This document shows, piece by piece, positions 18,001 through 25,961 of a DNA stretch of 64,000 nucleotides. How positions within the stretch are numbered: the first letter of the stretch is position 1; each line of letters opens with the position of its first letter. The position numbers were made by a program, and so were the translations under genes. The DNA is from Candidatus Glassbacteria bacterium. GTDB taxonomy: Bacteria; Gemmatimonadota; Glassbacteria; GWA2-58-10. The DNA lies in contig CAVVYO010000006.1 in NCBI GenBank assembly GCA_963752515.1, positions 681,704 to 745,703 on the forward strand. Reading direction: 5' to 3'. The notes beneath the pieces are model-generated. The model made no database searches. It was not told where the DNA came from and was given only the letters and a program-made list of their open reading frames with translations.

Positions 18001-19864
18001 GCTGGGCGGCTCGCCGGCCGGGTTCGTGTTCGGGACCTCGCGGCTGGAGGAGTTCCGCGCCCGGGCCGCGGTGCTGTTCGGGATGAGCCGGGTGGTGCGT
18101 CTGGGGACACTGGAGCGGCCCGCCGCCCGGGAGGCCCTGGCCGCGCCTTTGGCGGGCAGGGTGCTGTTCCAGGATCGGGCGCTGGAGCTGCTGACCGCGC
18201 TGTCGGATGGCCACCCCGGGCTGCTGCAGCACCTGGGGCGCGCGGTTGTCGAGCAGCTCAACCGTGAGCGCGCCGGCAACCTGGTGACCTTGCCGCTGGT
18301 CGGGCGAGCCCTGGCCGGGCTGGTGGCCGATCCGCCCGCGCTGGTGCTGGACCGGTGGGAGGAGCTGACCCGTCGCGAAAAACTGCTGCTGGCGGCCGCG
18401 GTGGTCCTTTGCCCGCCCGGAGCGGGCCCTCCGCCCGCCCTGGCCCTGGGGGACCTGGCCGGGGTGCTGTCCGGCCACCGCCTGGAGTTCCTCCCGGAGG
18501 AGCTGGCCAAGATCGCCGCCGACCTGGCCCGCCGGGGGCTGCTCGAGCCGGACCGCGACCAGCGGGTACGGGTGCGCGACTCGCTGCTGGAGCGCTGGGT
18601 GCGGGTCAGTCAGACCCTGGAGGGGATCGCCGCGCAGGAGGAGTATGATCCGGCCGAGGCGCTGCACCGCCTGGGCCGGGAGCTGGCCCGCTCCTTCCGG
18701 CTGGCCGAGCTGGCGGAGCGGGTGCTGGACTTGGCCGGAGAGCTGCTGCGCTGCGAGTGGTCGGCCCTGCTGACTGTCCCGGAAGGCGCGGTCCGCTCCG
18801 CGGCCGAGCTGCCATTGACCGTGCTGCGGGCCGAGGGGGCGACTGCGGCGGGAGTGCGGCTGCCGGAGGGGCTCCCGGCCTCCACGGCCGCGGCCCTCGA
18901 GCAGCTCGGCGGCGCGCCGGAGGATGATGCCGCGGCGCTCCCGGGCCTGCCGGCCGCCGCGCTGACAGTGCCGCTGCTGTCCCGGGGCGAGCTCTCCGGG
19001 CTGCTGCTGATCGGCCCGCGCCGGGATGGCGGCCGCTGGTCGCGCCGTGACCGGCTGCTGGTCGAGACCATCGCCGAGCAGGTGGCGGCGGCGCTGGAGA
19101 ATGTCCGGCTCTACGAGCAGGAGACCGAGCGCGCCCGTCTGCGGCAGGAGCTGGAGACCGCGCGACGGATGCAGTTGGCGATCCTGCCCGAGCGCCGGCC
19201 CGCTTTCCCCGGGCTGGAGATCTGCTCTTACTTAAGCCCGGCCACCGAGGTCGGCGGGGACTATTTCGACTACCAGCAGGTGGACCCGGGGCGGGTGCTG
19301 CTGCTCATCGGCGATGTCAGCGGACACGGGATCAGCGCCGGGACCGTGGTCTACATGGCCAAGAGCTGCCTCTACAACCAGGTGCGCGCCGACAGCTCGG
19401 TGCCCCGGGTGATGGAGGCGATGAACGCGATGGTCCACGGGGCGCTGCGGGAGCGGATGCTGATGACCCTCTGCTACGGGATTTTCGACCTGGAGCGCCG
19501 GGTGCTGGATTATTCGATCGCCGGACACCCCTTCCCCTACCATTACTCGGCGGCTCGGGGGACCCTGGAGGAGCTGGAGCTGTCGGCCTACCCGCTGGGG
19601 GTCTCCCCGCGGACCAGCTACCGCTCGGCGGAGGTCGGGTTCGGGCCCGGCGACCTGTTCGTGTTCTACTCGGATGGGATCATCGAGGGGCTGAACCCCG
19701 CCGGCGAGCAGTTCGGTTTCGAGCGTTTCGCGGCGGAGATCAGCACTGGAAAAGAGCTGGATGCCGAAAGCCTGTGCGAGCGCCTGGTCGGCGAGTATCG
19801 CGCGTTCGCCGCGGGCCGGCCCGCGGATGACGACATCACGCTGGTGGTGGCGAGGATTAAGTGA
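15023..19864 (+). CDS. Membrane sensor phosphatase: Reg_prop beta-propellers, Y_Y_Y-like domain, TM, degenerate STAND/AAA NTPase, GAF, SpoIIE/PP2C
   Basis: GLPSD/LWxGT repeats; TM ~17448-17498; NPFRPG..GREEQL, GERQCGVSS, ILLFDRAE, GHP; EVGGDYFD, GDVSGHG, SDGIIE, DDIT. Confidence 0.85.
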   Translation: MSLTTASRIPLAALFLCLQLAVAPLSIAAVEQDSLAAARLSEENALLRERLEQLEGGREQFRWSRFRESPVLMSGSLTAIDTTLDGRLAFATDRQGLVLFDGALLEVADRRTTGLPDDFVSCTAPLDRERLWVGTGRGLALYDRGRLLVPEGLPPELREAPVSCLAADGDGGLWVGTQGRGLWRLSGGAWEHHLTAGDSAAPSAAANINDLLLMPGGELWAATAGDGVYRLESDARQVFPAPLGPGSEEVYCLALDRDGLVWIGTAAAGAGLWDGIGWRKAPLPLMEGEGVVSLALLEDGDLLFGSTAGVFLLDHRQGAFERFPLPEELEPYPVTAALEHRGKLWLAPSGQGLHLCDRALIERHTAAQGLPSDQVYHLARDPGGKIWCGTWSGAGILGEQGWGTLDSRAGLPADLVTALLFPDPQQIVFATHRGVGILAGGRWRYLDRDSGLGGNTVNHLALDSLGGLWIATEGGGLARLMGDSLRSLTVADGLPSNEVQASAVLPEGTLWAATREGLAFLDGSRFRPAAGDSPGDPAPGPEHFTALTVAADSSLWAATLGRGVWRRRPAGSWEQYTVEQGLGADEVYALTAGARGRVWFGTAMGLSLFDGENWRSYGPADGLEPAAVRALVLEREDVLWLAAERKGLTRLDLARLDPPETFLSLPSGGLLALDRGNLPRLFVPGGDTLRPFPAGVDTLAARALLGHRFYRRLESSRLDTVRLDRLELRCSAVTPWWPGSDAGCRFSWKLDRRPWTPFGYRGEISLTGLARGVHVLSVQAKDQHLRVDPTPVHYSFFVDVPSPWSDWRLYLLSALLVAGAVAAVGRRQLAWRLARSRHRAFRPVEPNPFRPGLPLEGGSLPGREEQLRLIEESLAEGRLALVFHGERQCGVSSLLRQAAARLERQGARALYLDLAERSFPDAAALARELERQLSGPGDTPDSPADPLERLRLRLAAHGPRTILLFDRAERLGRLLERDPASGERLAAVVRELVLGGSPAGFVFGTSRLEEFRARAAVLFGMSRVVRLGTLERPAAREALAAPLAGRVLFQDRALELLTALSDGHPGLLQHLGRAVVEQLNRERAGNLVTLPLVGRALAGLVADPPALVLDRWEELTRREKLLLAAAVVLCPPGAGPPPALALGDLAGVLSGHRLEFLPEELAKIAADLARRGLLEPDRDQRVRVRDSLLERWVRVSQTLEGIAAQEEYDPAEALHRLGRELARSFRLAELAERVLDLAGELLRCEWSALLTVPEGAVRSAAELPLTVLRAEGATAAGVRLPEGLPASTAAALEQLGGAPEDDAAALPGLPAAALTVPLLSRGELSGLLLIGPRRDGGRWSRRDRLLVETIAEQVAAALENVRLYEQETERARLRQELETARRMQLAILPERRPAFPGLEICSYLSPATEVGGDYFDYQQVDPGRVLLLIGDVSGHGISAGTVVYMAKSCLYNQVRADSSVPRVMEAMNAMVHGALRERMLMTLCYGIFDLERRVLDYSIAGHPFPYHYSAARGTLEELELSAYPLGVSPRTSYRSAEVGFGPGDLFVFYSDGIIEGLNPAGEQFGFERFAAEISTGKELDAESLCERLVGEYRAFAAGRPADDDITLVVARIK

Positions 19865-21438
19865 GCGCTCCTGCCGACAGCGGAAAGATCCCATCGCCCG
19901 CCGCGCTGGATGGGTTCGCGGCCCGGCTCCAGGCCCTCGAGCTCGAAACCATGCTCGATGCCGGGGTGGCGCTGGCCGGGCGGCTGGAGCCGGCCGAGCT
20001 GACCCGCGAGCTGCTGCTGCGGGCGGTGGCGGTGCTCGATGTCAACCGGGCGCTGGTGCTGCTGGCCGCAACCGCCTCCCCGGAAGAGCCGGGGGAGTTC
20101 CCCCTGCGCCCGGCGGAAAGTTTCGGGCTGGAGGCGCTGGACCCGGCGGCGATCGAGGCCTTCTTTCAGGATCAGCGGCTGCGGGAGGCGCTGCGGGAGG
20201 GCCGGGCGGCAACCCTCAATGCCGAGCCCGAGCGTTGCGCGCTGCTCGGCTGCCGCAAGGCGCTGCTGGCTCCCCTGTGCTTCCGGGGCGAGTTCCTCGG
20301 AGTGCTGCTGGTCGGGGACAAGGAGGGATTGCGGGAACGGGAGCCGGATTTCGGCGAGAAGGACCTGCGCCTGCTGACCGGGATCGCCGCCCTGGCCGGG
20401 ACCGCCCTGGCCAATGCCCGGCTGTTCCAGAGCGTGATGGAGATCAAGAACTACAACGAGCGTATCCTGGCCAGCATCGCCAGCGGAGTGATCACCACCG
20501 ACCGCCGCGGGATGGTGGTGAGCTGCAACCAGGCCGCGCTGCGGATTTTCGGCCTCGATCCGGCGCAGTCCCTGGAGTTGCCGCTGGAGGAGCTGCTGGG
20601 GACAGTCGGCCTGCCGGATGCGGCGCGGCGGATCGAGCTGGCGCTGCGGCAGGGAGACGCTTTCCAGGAAACCAGCCTCCATGCCCGCGGCCCCGGTGGC
20701 GATGAGCTGGTGCTGAACCTGGGCGCCGCGCCATTGGAGGCCGGCGACCGGACCGGCGCGGTGATCTCGGTGGAGAACATCTCGGAAGGAGCGCGGGTCA
20801 AGCAGATGCTGCGCCGCTACCTCAGCGCCAATGTGGTCGACCTGGTGCTGGAGCGCGGCCAGGAGCTGGCCCTGGGCGGCCGGCTCTGCGAGGCGACGAT
20901 CCTGTTCGCCGACATCCGCGGCTTCACCGCCCTCAGCGAGGAGCGCGAGCCCGCCGCGGTGGTGGAACTGCTCAACCGTTATTTCGAGCTGATGATCGAG
21001 GTGGTCTTCCGCTTCAACGGGACAGTGGACAAGCTGGTGGGCGATGAGCTGATGGTGCTGTTCGGGGTGCCGGTGGCGTTCGAGGATGACGAGCGCCGGG
21101 CGGTGGCCTGCGCCGCGGCGATGCATCGCGCCCTGGAGGATTTCAACCGCGAGCGCGCGGCCCTCGGCGAACCGCCGCTGGCGATCGGGATCGGGATCAA
21201 TCGCGGCCCGGTGATCTCGGGCAACATCGGCTCCACCCGCCAGATGGACTACACCGTGATCGGCGATGCGGTCAACCTGGCCAGCCGGCTGGTCGGCCAC
21301 GCCGGCCCCGGAAGGACCCTGATCTCCCGCGGGCTGTACGAGCGCCTGGGGGGAACGGTCCCCTGCCATCGGATGGAAAACCTGCGGGTCAAGGGCAAGC
21401 GCGACCCGGTCGAGGTCTGGGAGATGCTGGATGAGTGA
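19861..21438 (+). CDS. GAF-PAS class III adenylate cyclase
   Basis: ILFADIRGFT, DKLVGDELM, GNIGS, DYTVIGDAVNLASRL; 4-nt overlap with the upstream gene. Confidence 0.9.
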   Translation: MSAPADSGKIPSPAALDGFAARLQALELETMLDAGVALAGRLEPAELTRELLLRAVAVLDVNRALVLLAATASPEEPGEFPLRPAESFGLEALDPAAIEAFFQDQRLREALREGRAATLNAEPERCALLGCRKALLAPLCFRGEFLGVLLVGDKEGLREREPDFGEKDLRLLTGIAALAGTALANARLFQSVMEIKNYNERILASIASGVITTDRRGMVVSCNQAALRIFGLDPAQSLELPLEELLGTVGLPDAARRIELALRQGDAFQETSLHARGPGGDELVLNLGAAPLEAGDRTGAVISVENISEGARVKQMLRRYLSANVVDLVLERGQELALGGRLCEATILFADIRGFTALSEEREPAAVVELLNRYFELMIEVVFRFNGTVDKLVGDELMVLFGVPVAFEDDERRAVACAAAMHRALEDFNRERAALGEPPLAIGIGINRGPVISGNIGSTRQMDYTVIGDAVNLASRLVGHAGPGRTLISRGLYERLGGTVPCHRMENLRVKGKRDPVEVWEMLDE

Positions 21439-21884
21439 GCGCGGGCAACAGTGGCCGGAAGCCGGATTCGAATCTCAGGAAACCCTGACCCTGCCCGCCG
21501 AGTCCGGCCAGGAGTTGGTGGCGGCAAACCGCGCCCTCGAGCTGGCCCTGGCGCTGGGGCTGGGGCCGGACGCCGCGGAGGAGGTCCGGCTGGCGGTGAT
21601 CGAGGGGACAATCAACGCCATCGAGCACGGCCGCGGGAAGGATGGGACTGGTCCGGGTCACTTTCGGGCTCGACCGCCGGCCCCCCCGTCTGACCGTGAT
21701 TGTCGCCGACACCGGCCCCGGCTTCGATCCCGCGCGGGTCGAAATCCCGCGGCTCGAGCGCAAGCTGCGCCCGGGGGCCCGCAAGCGCGGCTGGGGGCTG
21801 GCGATCATGCACAGCCTGATGGATGAGGTGCGGATCGAGAGCTCGCCGGAGGGGACCCGACTGATCCTGACCAGGTATGGTTAA
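21431..21884 (+). CDS. RsbW-like anti-sigma factor / Ser kinase (HATPase_c_2); one frameshift near 21645
   Basis: LAVIEGTINAIEHG in the first frame; ADTGPGFD and RGWGLAIMHSLMDEV in the second. Confidence 0.82.
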
Positions 21885-21891
21885 AACAGAT

Positions 21892-21920
21892 TTGACAATC
21901 GGTTGACGGAATCTTAAATT
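21892..21920 (+). promoter_or_regulatory. Internal sigma70-type promoter
   Basis: TTGACA-17 nt-TAAATT upstream of the STAS gene. Confidence 0.6.
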
Positions 21921-22000
21921 TTGGGGCCGGATTTTCCTGATTTTCCGCGCCCCGGTCCGGGACGCCCCCGGATCAACCAGCCCACCGGGAGCAGCGAATC

Positions 22001-22348
22001 ATGGCAGAGAACTTCCAGGTGACTGTCCGCCGGGGACCCGGCTATGCCGTCCTCTACACCGATGGCTACATCAACAACACCGGCGGGGAAAAAGTGGCCG
22101 GAGCATGCTACAGCCTGCTGGAAGAGGGGGTCAAGCGCTTCATCCTCAACCTGGCCAAATCACCGATCGTCAACTCCGTGGGCATCGCCGCGCTGATCGA
22201 GCTGATCGAGCGGGTGCGCGCCGAGGGCGATCGGATCGTGTTCTGCAACTGTACCCCGGTGATCGCCAAGACCTTCCGGATCATGGGGCTCACCCAGTAC
22301 GCGGAGCTCTACGATGACGAACAGCAGGCTGTCGCCGGGATGCGCTAA
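22001..22348 (+). CDS. STAS domain anti-anti-sigma factor (RsbV/SpoIIAA-like)
   Basis: ILNLAKSPIVNSVGIAALI with conserved Ser; KTFRIMGL. Confidence 0.88.
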   Translation: MAENFQVTVRRGPGYAVLYTDGYINNTGGEKVAGACYSLLEEGVKRFILNLAKSPIVNSVGIAALIELIERVRAEGDRIVFCNCTPVIAKTFRIMGLTQYAELYDDEQQAVAGMR

Positions 22349-22349
22349 G

Positions 22350-23537
22350 TTGCATCCCGCCGGCCCTCGCTTCCTGCGCCTTCCGGCGCTGCTGCTGGCC
22401 GCCCTGGCCCTGTCGCTGGCGGCCCCGCCCGAGCTGCCGGCGGTCTTCAAGAAGGAGCAGCTCAACAAGAAGCGCCACATCAACATCATCTTCATCCTCG
22501 ACTGCTCGGCGAGCATGAACAAGATCATCGGCCCGGTGCGCAAGATCGACATCGCCCGGCGGACAGTGGAGACGATCATCGGCGAGCTGTCCCGGGAAAG
22601 CCACGAGGCCGGCTCGATGAAGACCGCCCTGCGGGTCTTCGGCTCCAAGTACTTCAAGTGGAAGCAGAACTGCGATGACACCAGCCTGGAAGTGGTGCTG
22701 GACGACATCGAGCGCACCCGCCCGGCGATCCTGGAAAAGGTGCGCGCCACCACCGCCAAGGGCCAGAGCTCGCTCAGCCTGTCGGTCGAGGCCCTGAAGG
22801 GCGATTTTCCGGAAGAGGAGTCCCAGAGCAACTTCATCGTGATCGTCTCCGATGGCGATGAGTCCTGCGGCGGCGGCCCCTGCTCCGCGGTGCGCGAGCT
22901 GGTCGGGGTGAACCAGGGGATCTCGGTCAACACCCTCGGGGTCGAGACCGACCCGGCCGGCTATGAGAACCTCAACTGCATGGCCGAGGCCGGCAATGGG
23001 CTCTATTTCGACAGCAAGGACGTGGACAAGTTCGTGCTGTTCCTGAAAGAGGCCAACGGGATCATCCAGCAGAACCGCCGCGAGGCCGCCGAGCTGGCCA
23101 GACAGTCCGCGGTCGCCGACACCACGGTCATCGCCAAGCGCGATGTCACCGAGTCGATGCAGGAGTACAAGCTGGAGGAGCTGTCCGCGCTCTACCCGGA
23201 CCGCGATGAGCGCTTCCCGGCGATCGACACCCTGCGGCCCGATGATAAGCTGTTCCTGATCAGCACCCGCGGCCTGTGGGTGGAAGTCTTCGCCCCGGAA
23301 AAGCGCCTCCAGGGCTGGGTGCTGGCCAAGACCGGAGGGACCGAGTACGCGGTGACTGTCACCGATGACATGACCCCGCTCTACGCCGAGAAAAGCCCCT
23401 CCAGCGAGGTGCTGATGTACCTCAAGGCCGGCCAGCAGCTGACCGTGCTCAAGCGCGAGGGCGCCTGGTTCAATGTCTTCAGCCAGCAGCTCAATGTCCG
23501 GGGCTGGGTGATCGCCTTCAATGTTTCCCGCAACTGA
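22350..23537 (+). CDS. Exported VWA domain protein with two C-terminal SH3b-like domains
   Basis: Signal peptide; MIDAS ILDCSASM, VSDGDESCGGGPC; WVEV...QGWV and WFNV...RGWV; TTG start inferred. Confidence 0.78.
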   Translation: MHPAGPRFLRLPALLLAALALSLAAPPELPAVFKKEQLNKKRHINIIFILDCSASMNKIIGPVRKIDIARRTVETIIGELSRESHEAGSMKTALRVFGSKYFKWKQNCDDTSLEVVLDDIERTRPAILEKVRATTAKGQSSLSLSVEALKGDFPEEESQSNFIVIVSDGDESCGGGPCSAVRELVGVNQGISVNTLGVETDPAGYENLNCMAEAGNGLYFDSKDVDKFVLFLKEANGIIQQNRREAAELARQSAVADTTVIAKRDVTESMQEYKLEELSALYPDRDERFPAIDTLRPDDKLFLISTRGLWVEVFAPEKRLQGWVLAKTGGTEYAVTVTDDMTPLYAEKSPSSEVLMYLKAGQQLTVLKREGAWFNVFSQQLNVRGWVIAFNVSRN

Positions 23538-23561
23538 ACGCCAGCCGAAAGCCGGGAGCAG

Positions 23562-24488
23562 ATGGCCGGAATCCTGAAAAAGTTCAAGCAGGGCGAGGTG
23601 ATCATCGCCGAGGGCACCACTGGCAAGGCGCTCTACATTATCCGCAGCGGCCGGGTGGAAGTGAGCAAGCAGGCCCGCGGCGGCGTGGTGCAGCTTGCCG
23701 TGCTGGGACCCAACGAGGTCTTCGGCGAGATGAGCCTGATCGATGACCGCTACTCGACCCGCACCGCGACTGTCCGGGCGCTGCAGGACAGCGAGCTGAT
23801 CATCCTCGACCGCCAGGGCTTCGAGGCTTACATCGGCCAGGCCTCCCCCGGGATCTTCAACCTGGTCCGCAAGCTCTCCCAGCGGCTGCGCGAAACCTCC
23901 GACCTGCTCTCCCGCGCCGGCCAGGCCCCGCCGCCGGTCCCGGTCGCCACGGCGCAGGCCGAGGGGCTCACCTACGACCAGCTCACCGAGTCGGTCGAGA
24001 ACGCGGTGGAGCTCAACCTGCTGCCGAAAAAATTCAAGCAGGGCCAGGTCCTGATCCGCGAGGGAGCCGAGGCGCAGAGCCTGTTCCTGCTGCGCGAGGG
24101 CCGGGCGCTGGTTTCCCGTCGCCTGGAGGACCGGGAGGTGGAGCTGGAGGAGCTCGGGCCCAACGAGGTGTTCGGCGAGATCAGCCTGCTGGAGGGCGAG
24201 CCGCGCTTCACGACAGTCCGGGCCGCCCAGGATGGCGAGGCGGTGGTGTTCAGCCGCAAGCAACTGGATGAGATGCTGCGACGGGCCCCGCTGGAGCTGT
24301 ACCTGATCCTGGATGGCCTGGCCCGCAAATACAAGCGGATGGTCAAGCGGCTGCTGGAGGCGCTGCGGGATAACGGGCGGCTGGAGCGGGAGCTGGAAGA
24401 GCTGCGTGAGCGCCTCCGCCGGCTGGAAGGACATCCGGCCGGGACGCCGCCGTCTTCGCCGCCCGCTCCGACTCCGCCTGCCGCCTGA
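23562..24488 (+). CDS. Tandem cyclic-nucleotide-binding domain protein with C-terminal coiled coil
   Basis: Two repeats KKFKQG.V.I.EG...GPNEVFGE.SL......R..TVRA. Confidence 0.88.
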   Translation: MAGILKKFKQGEVIIAEGTTGKALYIIRSGRVEVSKQARGGVVQLAVLGPNEVFGEMSLIDDRYSTRTATVRALQDSELIILDRQGFEAYIGQASPGIFNLVRKLSQRLRETSDLLSRAGQAPPPVPVATAQAEGLTYDQLTESVENAVELNLLPKKFKQGQVLIREGAEAQSLFLLREGRALVSRRLEDREVELEELGPNEVFGEISLLEGEPRFTTVRAAQDGEAVVFSRKQLDEMLRRAPLELYLILDGLARKYKRMVKRLLEALRDNGRLERELEELRERLRRLEGHPAGTPPSSPPAPTPPAA

Positions 24489-24557
24489 GGATAAGCTGTC
24501 CACCGCGGCTTTTTCGCCGCTTCGGCTTGAAACGCCCTGGCGGTTGGTGCAGCGACA

Positions 24558-24721
24558 GCCATCACACCCCCCGGCGGCTGAAGCCGCCACCCCTCTTCTT
24601 AGAGGGGACTGTTAAGCCTGCCGACCAACCGGTTGCACCAGGCTTTCCCGGAGCGGGGCGAAATAAATCCCCCCTAGGAGGGGGGTGGCCGGCTGCCAGC
24701 GGGGCCGGGGGGTGTGATGGC
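24558..24721. repeat. Dispersed multi-hairpin repeat element with 18-bp inverted ends
   Basis: GCCATCACACCCCCCGGC / GCCGGGGGGTGTGATGGC; internal CCCCTC..GAGGGG hairpins; related copies near 31280-31415, 35590-35925, 55264-55300, 62655-62790. Confidence 0.75.
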
Positions 24722-24839
24722 GGGGCACCGCACAACGGTCGGGTGTGTACATGTCAGCATGCCGCTACCGTTCTATTTTCCGGATCTTCTCCGGAACGAC
24801 TCTTTTCGCCCGGCATTAAAGAATGCCTTGAGGGAGCCG

Positions 24840-25791
24840 ATGGTCCAGGAACTGAAAATCATCAAGCCCCCGCGCCTGGCGCCCGGGCGACCTGGTGGGG
24901 CTGGCGGCCCCGGCCAGCCCGCTGCTGGACCTGCGCGACATCCCGCGGGCGGTGAAAGCGCTGGAGGGCCTGGGGCTGCGGGTGCGCCCGGGCCTGCACC
25001 TGCGCCGCCGCACCGGGTTCCTGGCCGGTACCGACCAGGAGCGGGCCGGGGACCTCAACGCCCTGTTCGCCGACCCGGAGGTCCGGGCGGTGTTCGCCCT
25101 GCGCGGGGGCTACGGCAGCGGAAGGCTGCTGGAGCTGCTGGACTGGGAGGCGGTGCGGGCCAACCCCAAGGTGGTGGTCGGCCACAGCGACCTGACCGCC
25201 CTGCTCACCGCGCTCCACCAGCGCACCGGCCTGGTGACTTTCTGGGGCCCGTTGGCCGGCTATGACCTGGGTCGCCACCCCCGGCCGTTCAAGCTGCGCT
25301 GGCTGCGCGAGGTGACCTTCCGCGCCCCCGACCAGCTATCGCTGCCGCGCGGGACACACCGCTGGCGGACCCTCGCCGGCGGGACCGCGGAGGGTCGGCT
25401 CACCGGGGGCAACCTCAGCCTGATCTGCAGCCTGATGGGCACGCCCTGGGAGCTGGACACCACCGGCAGGCTGCTCTTTTTCGAGGATGTGGACGAGGAC
25501 CCCTACCGGTTGGACCGGATGCTGGGCCAGCTGGCCCTGGCCGGCAAGCTCGCCGCGGCGGCGGGAATCGTGGTGGGATGGTGTGTCAACTGCGAGTCCA
25601 GCGGAAGGATGCGCCGGTCGTTCACCCTGCGCCAGGTGCTGGAGGACCGGCTGGCCGGGCTGGGGGTGCCGGTGGTCTACGGCGCGCCGATCGGGCACGA
25701 GCCGGACAAGATCACCCTGCCGCTGGGAGTGCGGGCCCGCCTGGAGGCCGATTCCCAGCGCCTGACCCTGCTGGAGTCGCCGGTAAGCTGA
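24840..25791 (+). CDS. LD-carboxypeptidase (peptidase S66); one frameshift near 24885
   Basis: IKPPRLAPG/DLVGLAAPAS, RGGYG, GHSDLT, GGNLS, FEDVDE, GHE. Confidence 0.88.
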
Positions 25792-25843
25792 AGGGGAATG
25801 CTTATCCCACTTTAACAACAACGGCGTGAAGATTACCAGATGA

Positions 25844-25896
25844 TCCGGGGAGAGGGCGGAAACCTTTTGAAAAAGGTTTTCCTCCCTCTCCCCGGA
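25844..25896. repeat. Long hairpin / repeat between convergent genes
   Basis: TCCGGGGAGAGGGCGGAAACCTTTT-g-AAAAAGGTTTTCCTCCCTCTCCCCGGA; left arm recurs at 871-893. Confidence 0.65.
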
Positions 25897-25961
25897 CCCC
25901 TCTTCCACTTTCCAAAACTTTCTCGATAGTTCGCCCTGCATCCGCGGGCAGCAAGTCGGTA

